This document shows positions 6,974 to 15,088 of a DNA stretch of 25,470 nt, piece by piece. This DNA comes from Candidatus Eiseniibacteriota bacterium (GTDB lineage: Bacteria; Eisenbacteria; RBG-16-71-46): positions 1 to 25,470 of the forward strand of contig JBGAOA010000064.1 in NCBI GenBank assembly GCA_044222065.1, written 5' to 3'. The position numbers and the translations under genes are program-made. Each line of letters starts with the position of its first letter. The first letter of the stretch is position 1. The notes below the pieces were generated by a model that was not told the DNA's origin, made no database searches, and saw only the letters and a list, made by a program, of their open reading frames with translations.

Positions 6974-8118
6974 CCGCGTTACTGGTCGTCTTGCTGGTCG
7001 TGCTGTTCCTGGTCGTGGACATCGCCGTGCGCGAAGTGTCGAAGCGCAACGCGGCGAAGCGCGCGCTCGCCGAGCGCCGCGCGGTGCTCGAGACGGCGGT
7101 GTCGCTGGACTTCGCCGACGAGGCGAAGAGCCTCAAGCGCGCCGAGGTGCCGAACGCGAAGGGCCGCATCCTCGCCGTGGACGACGAGGCCGTGATCCTC
7201 GACAGCTTCCGCAAGATCCTCGTGCTCGCGGGCTTCAGCGTGGACACCGTGCAGCACGGCCCCGAGGCGCTCACGCTCGTGCGCCGGAACAACTACGACT
7301 TCCTGTTCACGGACCTGAAGATGCCGGACATGGACGGCGTGGAAGTCGTGAAGGCGGTGAAGCACCTGCGTCCCGACATCGACGTCGCCGTCATCACCGG
7401 GTACGCGACGATCGAGACCGCGGTCGAGACGATGCGCTTCGGTGCGCTCGACTACGTGCAGAAGCCGTTCACCGAGGACGAACTCGTCGCGTTCGCGAAT
7501 CGCATGCTCGTCAAGCGCCAGTCGCGGCTCGAGGCGCAGGCGCGTCCGACGGTGCGCGTCGTCGCGCCCGCCGTCGCCGAAACCGTGGCCGATCGGGAGT
7601 ACTGCGTCCCGGGCGGCGCGTTCGTGGCGCCCGGACACACGTGGGCGCGCATCGATCCCGCGGGACAGGTTTGGATCGGCGCGGACGACTTCGCGCGCAA
7701 GGTGCTCGGCAAGATCGAGAAGATCTCGCTGCCTTCGGTCGGCGCCGTCGTGCGCCGCGGCGATCCGATCGTCACGCTCTCGCGCGGCGGCCAGTCGGTG
7801 CGCCTGCCCGCGCCCGTGAGCGGACAGGTCACGAGCGTCAACGAATGGCTCGCGAAGGAGCCGCAGCACCTGACGAAGAGCCCGTACGACAAGGGCTGGG
7901 TGTGCCTGCTGCGCCCGGCGAGCCTCGGCGAGGAACTGCAAGGACTGCGCATCGGGAAGCCGGTCGTCGGCTGGTACCAGGAAGAGATCGCGCGGCTCCG
8001 GACCGAGGCGGCCGCCGCGAACAAGGACGAGCTGAGCTGGAGCGAACTCGAGGCGCGGTTCTTCGCGCCCGGCGTCGCGAAGCCCTCGGGCGTGACCGAG
8101 ACCGTCGCCGCCGTCTGA
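6970..8118 (+). CDS. Membrane-anchored response regulator fused to a glycine-cleavage-H-like (GcvH-fold) domain
   Basis: N-terminal TM (ALLVVLLVVLFLVVDI). Intact REC domain (AVDDE, FTDLKMP, ITGY, QKPF). C-terminal GcvH-like motifs HTWAR..VWIGADDFA..LGKI, APVSGQVTSVN and SPYDKGWV. Confidence 0.88.
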   Translation: MTALLVVLLVVLFLVVDIAVREVSKRNAAKRALAERRAVLETAVSLDFADEAKSLKRAEVPNAKGRILAVDDEAVILDSFRKILVLAGFSVDTVQHGPEALTLVRRNNYDFLFTDLKMPDMDGVEVVKAVKHLRPDIDVAVITGYATIETAVETMRFGALDYVQKPFTEDELVAFANRMLVKRQSRLEAQARPTVRVVAPAVAETVADREYCVPGGAFVAPGHTWARIDPAGQVWIGADDFARKVLGKIEKISLPSVGAVVRRGDPIVTLSRGGQSVRLPAPVSGQVTSVNEWLAKEPQHLTKSPYDKGWVCLLRPASLGEELQGLRIGKPVVGWYQEEIARLRTEAAAANKDELSWSELEARFFAPGVAKPSGVTETVAAV

Positions 8119-8132
8119 GCCCGGCCGGATCG

Positions 8133-8165
8133 GGGGCGCCCGTGCGGGTTCCGCGCGGGCGCCCC
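8133..8165 (+). terminator. Strong hairpin after the operon (possible terminator or mRNA-stabilising stem)
   Basis: GGGGCGCCCGTGCGG-GTT-CCGCGCGGGCGCCCC forms a 15-bp stem (one G-U pair) 14 nt after the stop codon. There is no clear U-tract. Confidence 0.5.
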
Positions 8166-8251
8166 GCGCCTATATAGAGGTGGGGACGGCGCGTTGCATC
8201 CTGCACCGGCCGCGGCCCGGCCGGGGGCGGTGACCCGTCCGGAGCCCGTTC

Positions 8252-8279
8252 TCAAGCCCGGGCGCCGACCTGCCGATGT
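8252..8279 (+). promoter_or_regulatory. Possible sigma28/FliA-like promoter upstream of the hybrid kinase
   Basis: TCAAG-N15-GCCGATGT resembles TAAA/TCAAG...GCCGATAA. The spacing is at the long end of the known range. It lies about 70 nt before ATG 8347. Confidence 0.35.
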
Positions 8280-8346
8280 CACTCGGGAGATTTCGCGCGG
8301 GGACAGGGTGTCCCCGTGCCGCCACCTCGCACATCCCGAGGCTCCC

Positions 8347-11300
8347 ATGTTCGAGAAGCCGAGCGCGTCGTCGAAGGGGACGATCGCGTCCAACGTCTCC
8401 ATCGGGCTTCGCGAGCTGCTCGACAGCTCGCCCGACGTCCTCTTCTGCTGCGACGCGACCGGCCGGTTCCAGTGGGTGAACGCCGCGATCGAACCGCTGT
8501 TGCACCAGCGCCCGGCGGACCTGCTCGGACGGCCGTTCACGTCGGTGCTCGCTCCGCACGAGCGCACGCGCGCCGCGCGCCGCTACATGCGCCACCTGTG
8601 GCGCCGTCAGAACGGACCGGTGAGCGCGGAGTGGATGCTCATGGGGCAGGACGGCTCGCCGGTGTGGGTCGCGGCGCGCGTGAAGCTCGTGATGCGGCCG
8701 GACGGCGACATCCTGTTCGTCGGCACCGCGCACCGCACCGAGCCGAAGCTCGACGACAAGCCGCGCGTCGTGCGTTCGGGCGAGGGCGAGCCGCTGCGTC
8801 TCGACAGCTACGATCCGTCCGCCCATCAGCTGCCGCCGGGGGTGAACGGCGGAGCGGACTTCGAGGCCGAGCGCGCCGACTGGCAGCGCCGTCTCGACGC
8901 CGCGACGCGCGACGGGGAGGCGAAGCTCGCGAACGCGAACGGCGAGTGGCAGACGCGCATCGCCGAGACGAACACCGAGTGGGAGCGCCGGCTCGAGCGC
9001 ACGAACGAGGACGCGCAGCGCCGCCTCGACGAGGCGCGCGCGGACTGGGAGCGCGAGAACGGCCAGACCCGCGGCGAGTGGGAGCGGAACAGCGCCGGCG
9101 CACGCGCCGACTGGGAGCGCCGTGAGGCCGAGCTGCGCACGGACTGGGAGCGCCGCGAGGGCGAACTGCGCACGGGCTTCGAGCGCCGCGAGGGCGACCT
9201 GCGCACGGAGTGGGAGCGGCGCGAGGCCGAGGCGCGCGACGAGGCCGGACGGCTCGGCGGGCGGCTCGCCGAGGTCGAGAGCGAACTGCGGCGCGTCCGC
9301 GAGTCCGCGGAAGCGCAGGCCGTCAATTCCTGGAGCCTCACCGATCGCGACGCGATGGCGAAGCAGCTCGCCGACGCGCGCGAGCACCTCGACGAGGCGC
9401 GCGGCATGGCGCAGGCGAAGGCGGAGTTCCTGGCCACGATGAGCCACGAGATCCGCACGCCGATGAACGGCATCCTCGGCATGACCCAGCTGCTGCTCGA
9501 AATGGAGCTGGACGAGGAGCAGCGCAGCATGGTCGAGGTCGTGCACCGCTCGGCGCGCTCGCTGCTGCACCTCATCAACGACACGCTCGACTTCTCGAAG
9601 CTCGAAGCCGGAAAGCTCGAAATGGAGAACATCGACTTCGACCTGCGCGTCACGGTCGAGGAAGTGGCCATGCTGCTCGGGCCGCTCGCGAGCGAGAAGC
9701 ACCTCGAGTTCGACAGCCGCGTGCACCACGAGGTGCCGTCGCGCGTGAAGGGCGATCCGGGCCGGCTGCGCCAGGTGCTGCTGAACCTCGGCGGGAACGC
9801 GATCAAGTTCACCGACCGCGGCCACGTGAAGGTGCGCGTGGACCGGCTGAGCGAGACCGACGACCACGTGCGGCTCAAGTTCGTCGTGAACGACACGGGC
9901 ATCGGCATCGGCGAGGACCAGCGCCGGCTGCTGTTCCAGTCGTACCAGCAGGGCGATCCGTCGATCGCGCGCCGCTACGGCGGCACCGGACTCGGGCTGA
10001 GCATCTCGAACCACCTCGTGCACCTCATGCACGGGCAGCTCGGCGTCGAGAGCCAGCCGGGGATGGGCAGCACGTTCTGGTTCGAGATCGAGTTCGAGAA
10101 GCAGCCCGCGGTTCCGGCCCAGCCGGTGCTGCCTACCGTCCACCTGCGCGGCGTGCGGGTGCTCGTCGTGGACCCGTCGCGCACGTCGCGCCAGGGCCAG
10201 ATCGAGATGCTGCGCGCGTGGGGCTGCCGCGCCGACGAGGCGGAAGGCGCCGAAGAGGCGCTGCGCCTGCTGCGCGACGCGGCCGAACGCGACGACGCCT
10301 ACCATCTGGCGCTCGTCGAAATGCAGCTGCCGCAGACGGACGGCGAGGCGCTCGGCGCCACGATCCGCGAGGACCGGCGGCTCGACGCGACGCTCACGAT
10401 CCTCACGACCAGCGTCGGCCGGCGCGGCGACGCGCAGCGCGCGCTGAAGAGCGGCTTCTCGGCGTACCTGCTGAAGCCGATCCAGTGGGGCGAACTGTAC
10501 GACGCCGTCGTCGAGGTCATGCACAACGGCCCCGTGTCCGGGCCCGGGAGCACGCTCGTCACGCGCCACTCGCTCGCCGAGGCGCGCCGCAACCGCACGC
10601 GCGTGCTGCTCGTCGAGGACAATGCGGTCAACCAGCTCGTCGCCGACTGGGCGCTGCGCCGGCTCGGCTACAACATCGAGGTCGTGACGACGGCCGCCGC
10701 CGCGCTCGAAGCCACGGAGCGGCAGCGCTACGACGTCATCCTCATGGACATGCAGCTGCCCGACATGGACGGCACGAAGGCGGTCGCGGCGATCCGCGCG
10801 CGCGAGCGTGGCGGTCCGCGCACGCCGATCGTGGCGCTCACCGCGTCACCTCACCGCTCCGAACGCGAGCGCTGCCTCGCCGCGGGCATGGACGACTTCC
10901 TGAGCAAGCCCGTGGACCTGGGAGCGCTGTGCACGCTCGTGGAGCGCTGGACGCGCCCCGCCGCGGAGCCCGAGCCGGCCCCGACGCGCGTCAACGTCGG
11001 ACGCATGGAGACGATGACGGTCGCGCCCGCGGCGCTGTCGGCGCCCGAGCCCGCGTTCGTGCTCGCGAGCCTCGCTCCGGAAGGCGAACTCGCGCCGACC
11101 GAAGTGGCGGCCGCGGTCATTCAGCCGGACGCGGTCGTCGCGATCGGCGACGCGCACCTCGGCGACGGCTTCGGCTCCGCCGCGGCCGAATCGCCGATCG
11201 TGGACATGTCGCGCCTCGAGGAGGCCTGCATGGGCCTGCCCGCGCTGCGCGACGCCCTGCTGCAGACGTTCATGACCGACGTGCACCCGCGGCTCGCGCG

Positions 11301-11544
11301 GCTCGCCGAGGCCGTGACCGCGATGGATCCGCGCCGGATCGAGTTCGAGGCGCACGGACTCAAGGGCATGTCGGCGACCGTCGGCGCCGTCGCGTGCGCC
11401 GAGACGTTCGGCCAGATCGAGCGGCTCGCGGGCGAGGAGCAGATGGGCGGCATGCCCGGCCTGCTCGAACGCGCGAAGGACGAAGTGCAGCGGACCGAGG
11501 AGCACATCGAGCGCCTCGAGACGATCCTGCGCCGCGCGGCCTGA
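8347..11544 (+). CDS. Cytoplasmic hybrid histidine kinase: PAS - 11-aa-repeat coiled coil - HisKA - HATPase - REC(pseudo) - REC - HPt (about 1065 aa)
   Basis: ATG 8347 follows GAGG. PAS (LLDSSPDVLFCCDATGRFQWVN), H-box (FLATMSHEIRTPMNGILGM), GDPGRLRQVLLNLGGNAIKFT, DTGIGI, RRYGGTGLGLSI. Second REC intact (VEDN, ILMDMQLP, LTA, SKP). HPt motif AHGLKGMSATVGA. No TM segment. Confidence 0.93.
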   Translation: MFEKPSASSKGTIASNVSIGLRELLDSSPDVLFCCDATGRFQWVNAAIEPLLHQRPADLLGRPFTSVLAPHERTRAARRYMRHLWRRQNGPVSAEWMLMGQDGSPVWVAARVKLVMRPDGDILFVGTAHRTEPKLDDKPRVVRSGEGEPLRLDSYDPSAHQLPPGVNGGADFEAERADWQRRLDAATRDGEAKLANANGEWQTRIAETNTEWERRLERTNEDAQRRLDEARADWERENGQTRGEWERNSAGARADWERREAELRTDWERREGELRTGFERREGDLRTEWERREAEARDEAGRLGGRLAEVESELRRVRESAEAQAVNSWSLTDRDAMAKQLADAREHLDEARGMAQAKAEFLATMSHEIRTPMNGILGMTQLLLEMELDEEQRSMVEVVHRSARSLLHLINDTLDFSKLEAGKLEMENIDFDLRVTVEEVAMLLGPLASEKHLEFDSRVHHEVPSRVKGDPGRLRQVLLNLGGNAIKFTDRGHVKVRVDRLSETDDHVRLKFVVNDTGIGIGEDQRRLLFQSYQQGDPSIARRYGGTGLGLSISNHLVHLMHGQLGVESQPGMGSTFWFEIEFEKQPAVPAQPVLPTVHLRGVRVLVVDPSRTSRQGQIEMLRAWGCRADEAEGAEEALRLLRDAAERDDAYHLALVEMQLPQTDGEALGATIREDRRLDATLTILTTSVGRRGDAQRALKSGFSAYLLKPIQWGELYDAVVEVMHNGPVSGPGSTLVTRHSLAEARRNRTRVLLVEDNAVNQLVADWALRRLGYNIEVVTTAAAALEATERQRYDVILMDMQLPDMDGTKAVAAIRARERGGPRTPIVALTASPHRSERERCLAAGMDDFLSKPVDLGALCTLVERWTRPAAEPEPAPTRVNVGRMETMTVAPAALSAPEPAFVLASLAPEGELAPTEVAAAVIQPDAVVAIGDAHLGDGFGSAAAESPIVDMSRLEEACMGLPALRDALLQTFMTDVHPRLARLAEAVTAMDPRRIEFEAHGLKGMSATVGAVACAETFGQIERLAGEEQMGGMPGLLERAKDEVQRTEEHIERLETILRRAA
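8869..9243 (+). repeat. In-frame 33-bp (11-aa) tandem repeat, about 11 units, inside the hybrid kinase
   Basis: Trp codons fall at 8881, 8947, 8980, 9046, 9079, 9112, 9145 and 9211, and Phe at 9178, all on an exact 33-nt grid. The last units are near-identical (ELRTDWERREG / ELRTGFERREG / DLRTEWERREA). Confidence 0.9.
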
Positions 11545-11559
11545 ACCGCGCGGACGCGT

Positions 11560-11596
11560 GACGCCGGGTCCGGCCGCGGACCCGGCGTCGTCGTTT
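11560..11596 (+). terminator. Probable Rho-independent terminator
   Basis: Perfect 13-bp stem GACGCCGGGTCCG / CGGACCCGGCGTC with a GCCG loop, followed by GTCGTTT, 15 nt after the kinase stop. Confidence 0.7.
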
Positions 11597-11646
11597 CCGG
11601 CACCGCGCCCGCGCGCCGTGCTGCCCTGTGCTAGCGTGCGGCGCCC

Positions 11647-12822
11647 ATGCGTTCCGTGCTGTCGCCCCGACTGCTCGTCGCGTCGTTCGGTCACTTCACG
11701 ATCGACGCCTACTCGAGCTTCTTCTCGCCGCTGCTGCCGCTGTTCGTCGAACGCATGCACCTCAACCTCACGCTCGTGGGCACGCTCGTGGCGCTCGCGG
11801 CGGTGTCGTCGTCCTTCGGCCAGGTGCTGTTCGGCCTCGTCTCGGACCGGCTCGACCGTCCGTGGTTCGTCGCGTTCGGCCCGCTCGTCGCGGCCGTGTT
11901 CCTGTCCGGCATCGGATTCGCGCCGAGCTACGGCGCGCTCGTCGCGCTGCTGATGATCGGCGGGCTCGGCGTCGCCGCCTTCCATCCGCAGGCCGCCGTG
12001 CTCGCACGCGAAGTGACGAACCGCCCCGGCATCGCGATGTCGGTGTTCGTGACGTGCGGCACGCTCGGCTTCGCGCTCGGGCCCGCATTCGCCGTGAGCG
12101 TCGTCTCGGCGCTCGGGCTCGAGCGCACCTGGGTCGCGGCGATCCCCGGCATCCTCGTGTCGGTCGCGCTGCTCGCGTGGTTCCGGCGCGTCGCGCCGCG
12201 CGCGCGAGCGACGCGCGAGCGCGGCAAGCTGTCGGAACTGCGCCCGCACGCGGGGCCGCTCGCGCTCATCTGGGCGACGATCGTGTGCCGCTCGTCGGTG
12301 TCGTACGGCTTCATGACGTTCCTGCCGATCCACCTGCACGCGCGCGGCTGGAGCGTCGAGGCGGGCGGCGCCGCGACCACCGCGTACCTCGCGTGCGGCG
12401 CGATCGGCGGCTTCGCCGGCGGCTGGGTGTCCGAGCGCTGGGGCGGGCGCAACGTCGTGCGCGCGTCGTTCCTCGGCTCGACACCGCTGTTCGCGGGCTA
12501 CCTGCTGCTGCCGGATCCCTACGCGATCGCTTCGCTCGTCGCCGGCAGCTTCGTGCTGCAGTCCACGCTGCCGGTGAGCGTCGTGATGGGGCAGGAGCTC
12601 TCGCCGCGCCACGCCTCGACGATCTCGAGCCTTCTGATGGGCGCGGCGTGGGGCGTGGGCGCGCTGCTGATCGGTCCGGCGGGCGCGCTCGCCGACCGGA
12701 CGGGGCTCACGACCGCGCTGTTCGCGCTCACGGCGTTGCTCCTCGTGGGCCTCGCGTGCGCGGTCGCGTTGCCGGCCGGCGCACGCGCACGGGCGATCCC
12801 GGCCACGGCCGGCGAGGCCTGA
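11647..12822 (+). CDS. MFS transporter, Fsr (fosmidomycin-resistance)-like family
   Basis: Motifs GHFTIDAYSSFFSPLLPLF, QVLFGLVSDRLDR (motif A), GGLGVAAFHPQA, GTLGFALGP and GGWVSERWGGR. About 12 hydrophobic segments. Confidence 0.88.
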   Translation: MRSVLSPRLLVASFGHFTIDAYSSFFSPLLPLFVERMHLNLTLVGTLVALAAVSSSFGQVLFGLVSDRLDRPWFVAFGPLVAAVFLSGIGFAPSYGALVALLMIGGLGVAAFHPQAAVLAREVTNRPGIAMSVFVTCGTLGFALGPAFAVSVVSALGLERTWVAAIPGILVSVALLAWFRRVAPRARATRERGKLSELRPHAGPLALIWATIVCRSSVSYGFMTFLPIHLHARGWSVEAGGAATTAYLACGAIGGFAGGWVSERWGGRNVVRASFLGSTPLFAGYLLLPDPYAIASLVAGSFVLQSTLPVSVVMGQELSPRHASTISSLLMGAAWGVGALLIGPAGALADRTGLTTALFALTALLLVGLACAVALPAGARARAIPATAGEA

Positions 12823-13054
12823 GCCCCGCGCGGCAGACGCTGCCGGTCGTCCGGCAAGCCCTGCCGCCGCGACCGGTCCGAATCTCCGCACGCGCCGTCG
12901 CGCCCTTCAAGATCGCGCGCGCCGACCGAATCTCTCTGCGGAGGCGGACCGTCCGCGCCGCGCACGTGCGCGGAAGCAAGGCGGTCGCGGCTTCCCGCGC
13001 CCCGGAATCCTCGATCGTCCGCGGCGTCCTCGGCCCGTTCCGAAAGGTTCGATC

Positions 13055-15088
13055 GTGTCCCTCGCGCTTCGCACACCGCCGCGCTCGCGCCGTCGCGGGC
13101 GGCGCGCCGCACTCGCCATCGCGCTCGGGCTCGCGCTCGCCGCGCCCGCCGCCGCGCGCGCGGGCGACGAGACGCCGGCCGAGATCCTCCCCGGCCGCTC
13201 GACGCTGCCCGGCACGTACGCGCGCGAGTCGTTCGAGCGCACGTTCGTCTCGCCGAACGCGCACGACCGCTGGCGCGGGCTGCCGCTCTTCGGCCACGAA
13301 CTCTTCGAGGGCGCCGCCGCGTTCTCGCCGAGCGAGCAGGGCCCCGTCGGGCCCGACTACGTGCTCGGACCCGGCGACCAGCTCGTCGTGTTCGTGTCCG
13401 CGTGGTCGGACTCGACGTACGCGCTCACGCTCGACCGCGAGGGGCGCGTGTTCCTGCCGCGCTTCGGCTCGCTCGCCCTGTGGGGGCTCGCGCTCGAGGA
13501 CGCCGAACGCCTGATCCGGCAGCGGCTCGAGGGCACGCTCCGGAACGCGCGCGTGCAGGTGTCGATGGGACGGCTGCGCGCGCTCGACGTGTTCGTGCTC
13601 GGCGAGGTGGCGTCGCCCGGCAAGCGCACGCTCTCGGGGCTCGCGACCGCGTTCCACGCGCTGCTCGCCGCCGGCGGTCCGACGGATCGCGGCAGCGCGC
13701 GCGACGTGCGCGTGCTGCGCGCGAACCGCGAGATCGCGCGCTTCGACCTGTACCCGTTCCTGACGAGCGGCGACCGGTCCTCGGACGTGCGGCTCCAGTC
13801 CGGCGACGTCGTGTTCGTGGGCGAGCGCGGACCGCGCGTCGGAATCCAGGGCGCGGTTCAGCGGGCGGGCGTGTACGAGGCACGCGGACCGCTGTCGCTC
13901 GCGGCGCTGCTCGCGCTCGCCGGCGGGCCGACGCCGTTCGCCGACCTCGCGCGCGTGCGCGTCGAGCGCGTGGACGCGAACGGCGGCTTCCGCCTGCAGG
14001 ACCTGCCGCTCGACCACGGGCACGGAATCGATCCCGATTCGCTGTTCCTCAACGATTTCGACCTCGTCACGTTGCTGCCGCTCGCGGAGCGCGTCACGAA
14101 CGTCGTCACGCTCGACGGCTACGTGCGCCACGAGGGCGAGTACGAACTCACGCCCGGCCTCAGGCTCAAGGACCTCGTCACGGCCGACCGGCTGCAGCCC
14201 GAGGCGGCGCTCGACCACGCCGAGTTCCGCCGCGTGACGCCGGGCTCCTTCGCGGTCGAGGTGCGCTCGTTCGCGCCGCGCGACGTGCTCGACGGGCGTC
14301 TCGACTGGGAGCTGCGCCCGCTCGACGCGGTCACGATCTTCTCGAGCGCGCGCCGGCCCCACAGCGTGACGCTGAGCGGCGAAGTCGTGCGGCCCGGCGT
14401 GTACGCGGCCGAGCCCGGGGAGCGGCTCTCGAGCCTGATCGCGCGCGCGGGCGGACTCACGCCGCGGGGCGCGCTCGGCGCGGCGGTATTCACGCGGCCG
14501 GGCGTCGCGGCGAGCGAGCGCCGGGTCGAGGGCGACTACCTCGAGCGCCAGCGCGCGCAGATCGCGCGCGAACGCGTGTCGGCGCTCGCGCGCGGCGACA
14601 CCGCCGCCGCCTCGGCCGCAGCGGCCGCGGACGACGCGCTCGTGCGCTCGCTCGCGATCGGCGCCCGCCCGGGCCGCGTCGTGCTCGATCTCGACGAGGC
14701 CGGCCGATGGGCCGGCACGGCCCGCGATCCCGTGCTCGCGGACGGCGACCAGCTCCACGTCCCCGAGCGCCCGCAGACGGTCGCGGTGCTCGGCGAGGTG
14801 CGCAACCCGGGCACGCTGCTCGCGAAACGCTCGGCGCGCGGCGCGGACTACGTGCGGCGCGCGGGCGGCGCGACGCGCGACGCGGACCTCGGCCGCAGCT
14901 ACGTCCTGCGCGCGAACGGCGCCGCGGTGCCGTTCCGGGGCGGCGTCGCGCTCGGCGCCGGCGACGCCGTCGTGGTCGTCGCGCGCGCGACCGGCGGATC
15001 GTCGTTCTCGAAGTCGTTCGGCGGCGGCGTGCGCTGGGCCGTGGATCTCGCGGTCGCGGCGTCCCTCGTGCTGGCGGCGTCGCGATGA
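13055..15088 (+). CDS. Polysaccharide export protein with multiple SLBB domains (long Wza/KpsD-like OPX)
   Basis: Signal peptide ending ARA. Poly_export motif LFGHELF..PVGPDYVLGPGDQLVV..DREGRVFLPRFG. Repeated V.V.GEV..PG / AGG SLBB motifs. GAAAGG RBS. Confidence 0.88.
   Translation: MSLALRTPPRSRRRGRRAALAIALGLALAAPAAARAGDETPAEILPGRSTLPGTYARESFERTFVSPNAHDRWRGLPLFGHELFEGAAAFSPSEQGPVGPDYVLGPGDQLVVFVSAWSDSTYALTLDREGRVFLPRFGSLALWGLALEDAERLIRQRLEGTLRNARVQVSMGRLRALDVFVLGEVASPGKRTLSGLATAFHALLAAGGPTDRGSARDVRVLRANREIARFDLYPFLTSGDRSSDVRLQSGDVVFVGERGPRVGIQGAVQRAGVYEARGPLSLAALLALAGGPTPFADLARVRVERVDANGGFRLQDLPLDHGHGIDPDSLFLNDFDLVTLLPLAERVTNVVTLDGYVRHEGEYELTPGLRLKDLVTADRLQPEAALDHAEFRRVTPGSFAVEVRSFAPRDVLDGRLDWELRPLDAVTIFSSARRPHSVTLSGEVVRPGVYAAEPGERLSSLIARAGGLTPRGALGAAVFTRPGVAASERRVEGDYLERQRAQIARERVSALARGDTAAASAAAAADDALVRSLAIGARPGRVVLDLDEAGRWAGTARDPVLADGDQLHVPERPQTVAVLGEVRNPGTLLAKRSARGADYVRRAGGATRDADLGRSYVLRANGAAVPFRGGVALGAGDAVVVVARATGGSSFSKSFGGGVRWAVDLAVAASLVLAASR

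Noticed and set aside
7590..8070. Glycine cleavage system (gcvH)
   Set aside because: The lipoyl Lys is absent, the domain is fused to TM-REC, and no gcvP, gcvT or lpd is nearby.
8869..9243. 33-bp periodic sequence as a CRISPR array
   Set aside because: The units are contiguous, in frame and degenerate with no unique spacers, and there are no cas genes. It is a protein coiled-coil repeat.
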